Source: Macrostomum lignano (taxonomy: Eukaryota). From it: a stretch of 56,022 nucleotides of DNA. The position numbers and the translations under genes were made by a program. Shown piece by piece: positions 54,323 through 56,022 of this stretch. Location of the stretch: the NCBI GenBank assembly GCA_002269645.1, contig NIVC01000489.1:1-56022 (forward strand). The letters are read 5' to 3'. Positions within the stretch are counted from its first letter, which is position 1. Each line of letters starts with the position of its first letter. The notes under the pieces are model-generated. The model worked only from the letters and a program-made list of their open reading frames with translations. It did not search any database and was not told the DNA's origin.

Positions 54323-54852
54323 CTTGTTGGTTTTGAATGTTTGGTCATTAACATCTCCATAGTCGCTGGGCTCCTCGTTGAAGTTCATATTAGGGCTGCC
54401 CATCCGGAGCTGTTTACATCAAATATATGGCTGCTGACAACCAAGCGCAAGCAGTTCAGCAGCATGATGTTATTCGCAATGCAAGTGGAGCAGAGTTCAT
54501 AAACCCATCTAATAAACCATAACTAGTCTTGGTCATGTCATTTTATAGTACTTGAAAATTTTAGAATTTTTGAAATGAAGCTTCCAAAAATTGAATTTGG
54601 AACTACACTTATCCATATATTGGTATTACAAGCAAAATATTTTTGCAGATAGAATATATAATCTCAATAAACTAAATCTTGTTTGTCTGTATGTATGTAA
54701 CGTAGCTCCTCATAGGCTACTTGCAAGTCAGTGTTGAAACTTTCTAGAATAGTATAATTTAAAAACATTAGTAAAACAACCTTTACTTTGTCACTTCAAT
54801 CAAATTTTATTATTTAATATTGTTTATTTTTATCATTTGGCTATACGACTTC

Positions 54853-55640
54853 CAGCCTCCCAGATCCTCGGTTGCTGGGCAACAGCCTCCCAGATCCTCA
54901 GTTGTTGGGCCAGCCTCCCAGATCCTCAGTTGCTGGGCCAGCCTCCCAGATCCTCAGTTGCTGGGCCACAGCCTCCCAGATCCTCAGTTACTGGGCCAGC
55001 CTCCCAGATCCTCAGTTGCTGGGCCAGCCTCCCAGATCCTCAGTTGCTGGGCCAGCCTCCCAGATCCTCAGTTGCTGGGCCAGCCTCTCAGATCCTCAGT
55101 TGCTGGGCCAGCCTTCCAGATCCTCAGTTGCTGGGCCAGCCTCCCAGATCCTCAGTTGCTGGGCCAGCCTCCCAGATCCTCAGTTGCTGGGACAGCCTTC
55201 CAGATCCTCAGTTGCTAGGCCACAGCCTCCCAGATCCTCGGTTGCTGGGCCAGCCTCCCAGATCCTCAGTTGCTGGGCCAGCCTCCCAGATCTTTAATTG
55301 CTGGGCCAGCCTCCCAGATCCTCAATTGCTGGGCCACAGCCTCCCAGATCCTCAGTTGCTGGGCCACAGCCTCCCAGATCCTCAGTTGCTGGGCCAGCCT
55401 CCCAGATCCTCAGTTGCTGGGCCACAGCCTCCCAGATCCTCAGTTGCTGGGCCACAGCCTCCCAGATCCTCAGTTGCTGGGCCACAGCCTCCCAGATCCT
55501 CAGTTGCTGGGCCACAGCCTCCCAGATCCTCAGTTGCTGGGCCACAGCCTCCCAGATCCTCAGTTGCTGGGCCACAGCCTCCAGATCCTCAGTTGCTGGG
55601 CCACAGCCTCCCAGATCCTCGTTGCTGGCCACAGCCTCCC
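54853..55640. repeat. 28/30-bp minisatellite GCCTCCCAGATCCTCAGTTGCTGGGCCA(CA)
   Basis: Direct reading. Confidence 0.96.
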
Positions 55641-55731
55641 ATATTCTCAGCAGAGCTGTCAGCAGTCACAAACGAGTGGATGTCTCCGCTATTGCACAAA
55701 TCTCCCTCCAATGTCACCCTCATAAAAACAG

Positions 55732-56022
55732 TTGCAAAAATTCCGCGATCAAAAAGACGCGCAGCAGAGGCGGCGGCTCGTCAACGAAGTCAAAGCAGCG
55801 CCGACCGAACAGCTCCGCCCCATCGGCTGCCGACCCCGCAGCAGAAGCAGCAGCAGTTCCTCAACCAGCTGAGGATACGCTTCGTCTTTGCCGCCTCAGC
55901 CTCCGCCTCATATCATCATCAGCAGCAGCAGCAGGAACCTTCAGCAACAGAACTGAGCGGCAATGGAGACGCTCCACCATCCAGCATAGTGGAATCGAAT
56001 GGCAGTCACGAACTTCAGCAGC
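55732..56022 (+). CDS. GOLGA2: Probable exon 2 of the GM130-like gene (runs off window; apparent frameshifts)
   Basis: aacag|LQKFRDQK completes the AKKR-L..F/Y motif; GC-rich coding-like sequence (Q/A/S-rich), but the entry frame stops at 55870-55872. Confidence 0.45.

Overview
Eukaryotic (animal) genomic DNA. The repeat-stuffed introns and GC3-rich exons resemble a Macrostomum-type flatworm, but the organism is inference only. The left 31.5 kb carries the first 31 coding exons (5342 nt, about 1780 codons, splice phases consistent throughout) of a minus-strand, divergent IP3-receptor-like Ca2+ channel; its channel-forming C-terminus lies beyond position 1. Upstream on the same strand is an intronless ERdj4/DNAJB9-like gene, with an XBP1-type UPRE (GATGACGTGGA) about 130 bp before its ATG. 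On the plus strand are a PTP1B/TC-PTP-like phosphatase (intact catalytic motifs, C-terminal tail anchor, unusual long acidic repeat N-terminal extension) and probably the 5' end of a GM130/GOLGA2-like golgin. Mobile DNA comprises a 5'-truncated LOA-like LINE with a 13-bp TSD nested in an older LINE end, a LINE-like 3' fragment with a 28-bp TSD, a deleted Tc1/IS630-type element with about 140-bp TIRs, a decayed Gypsy pol, and a short dispersed hairpin-bearing repeat. Nearly every long intron holds its own tandem array, and most ORFs in the supplied track are translations of these arrays. No prokaryotic-type system (CRISPR etc.) is supported. The most promising leads are a possible ER-stress-linked divergent gene cluster or operon, the degenerate IP3-binding site, the PTP1B N-terminal extension, and the one-array-per-intron architecture.
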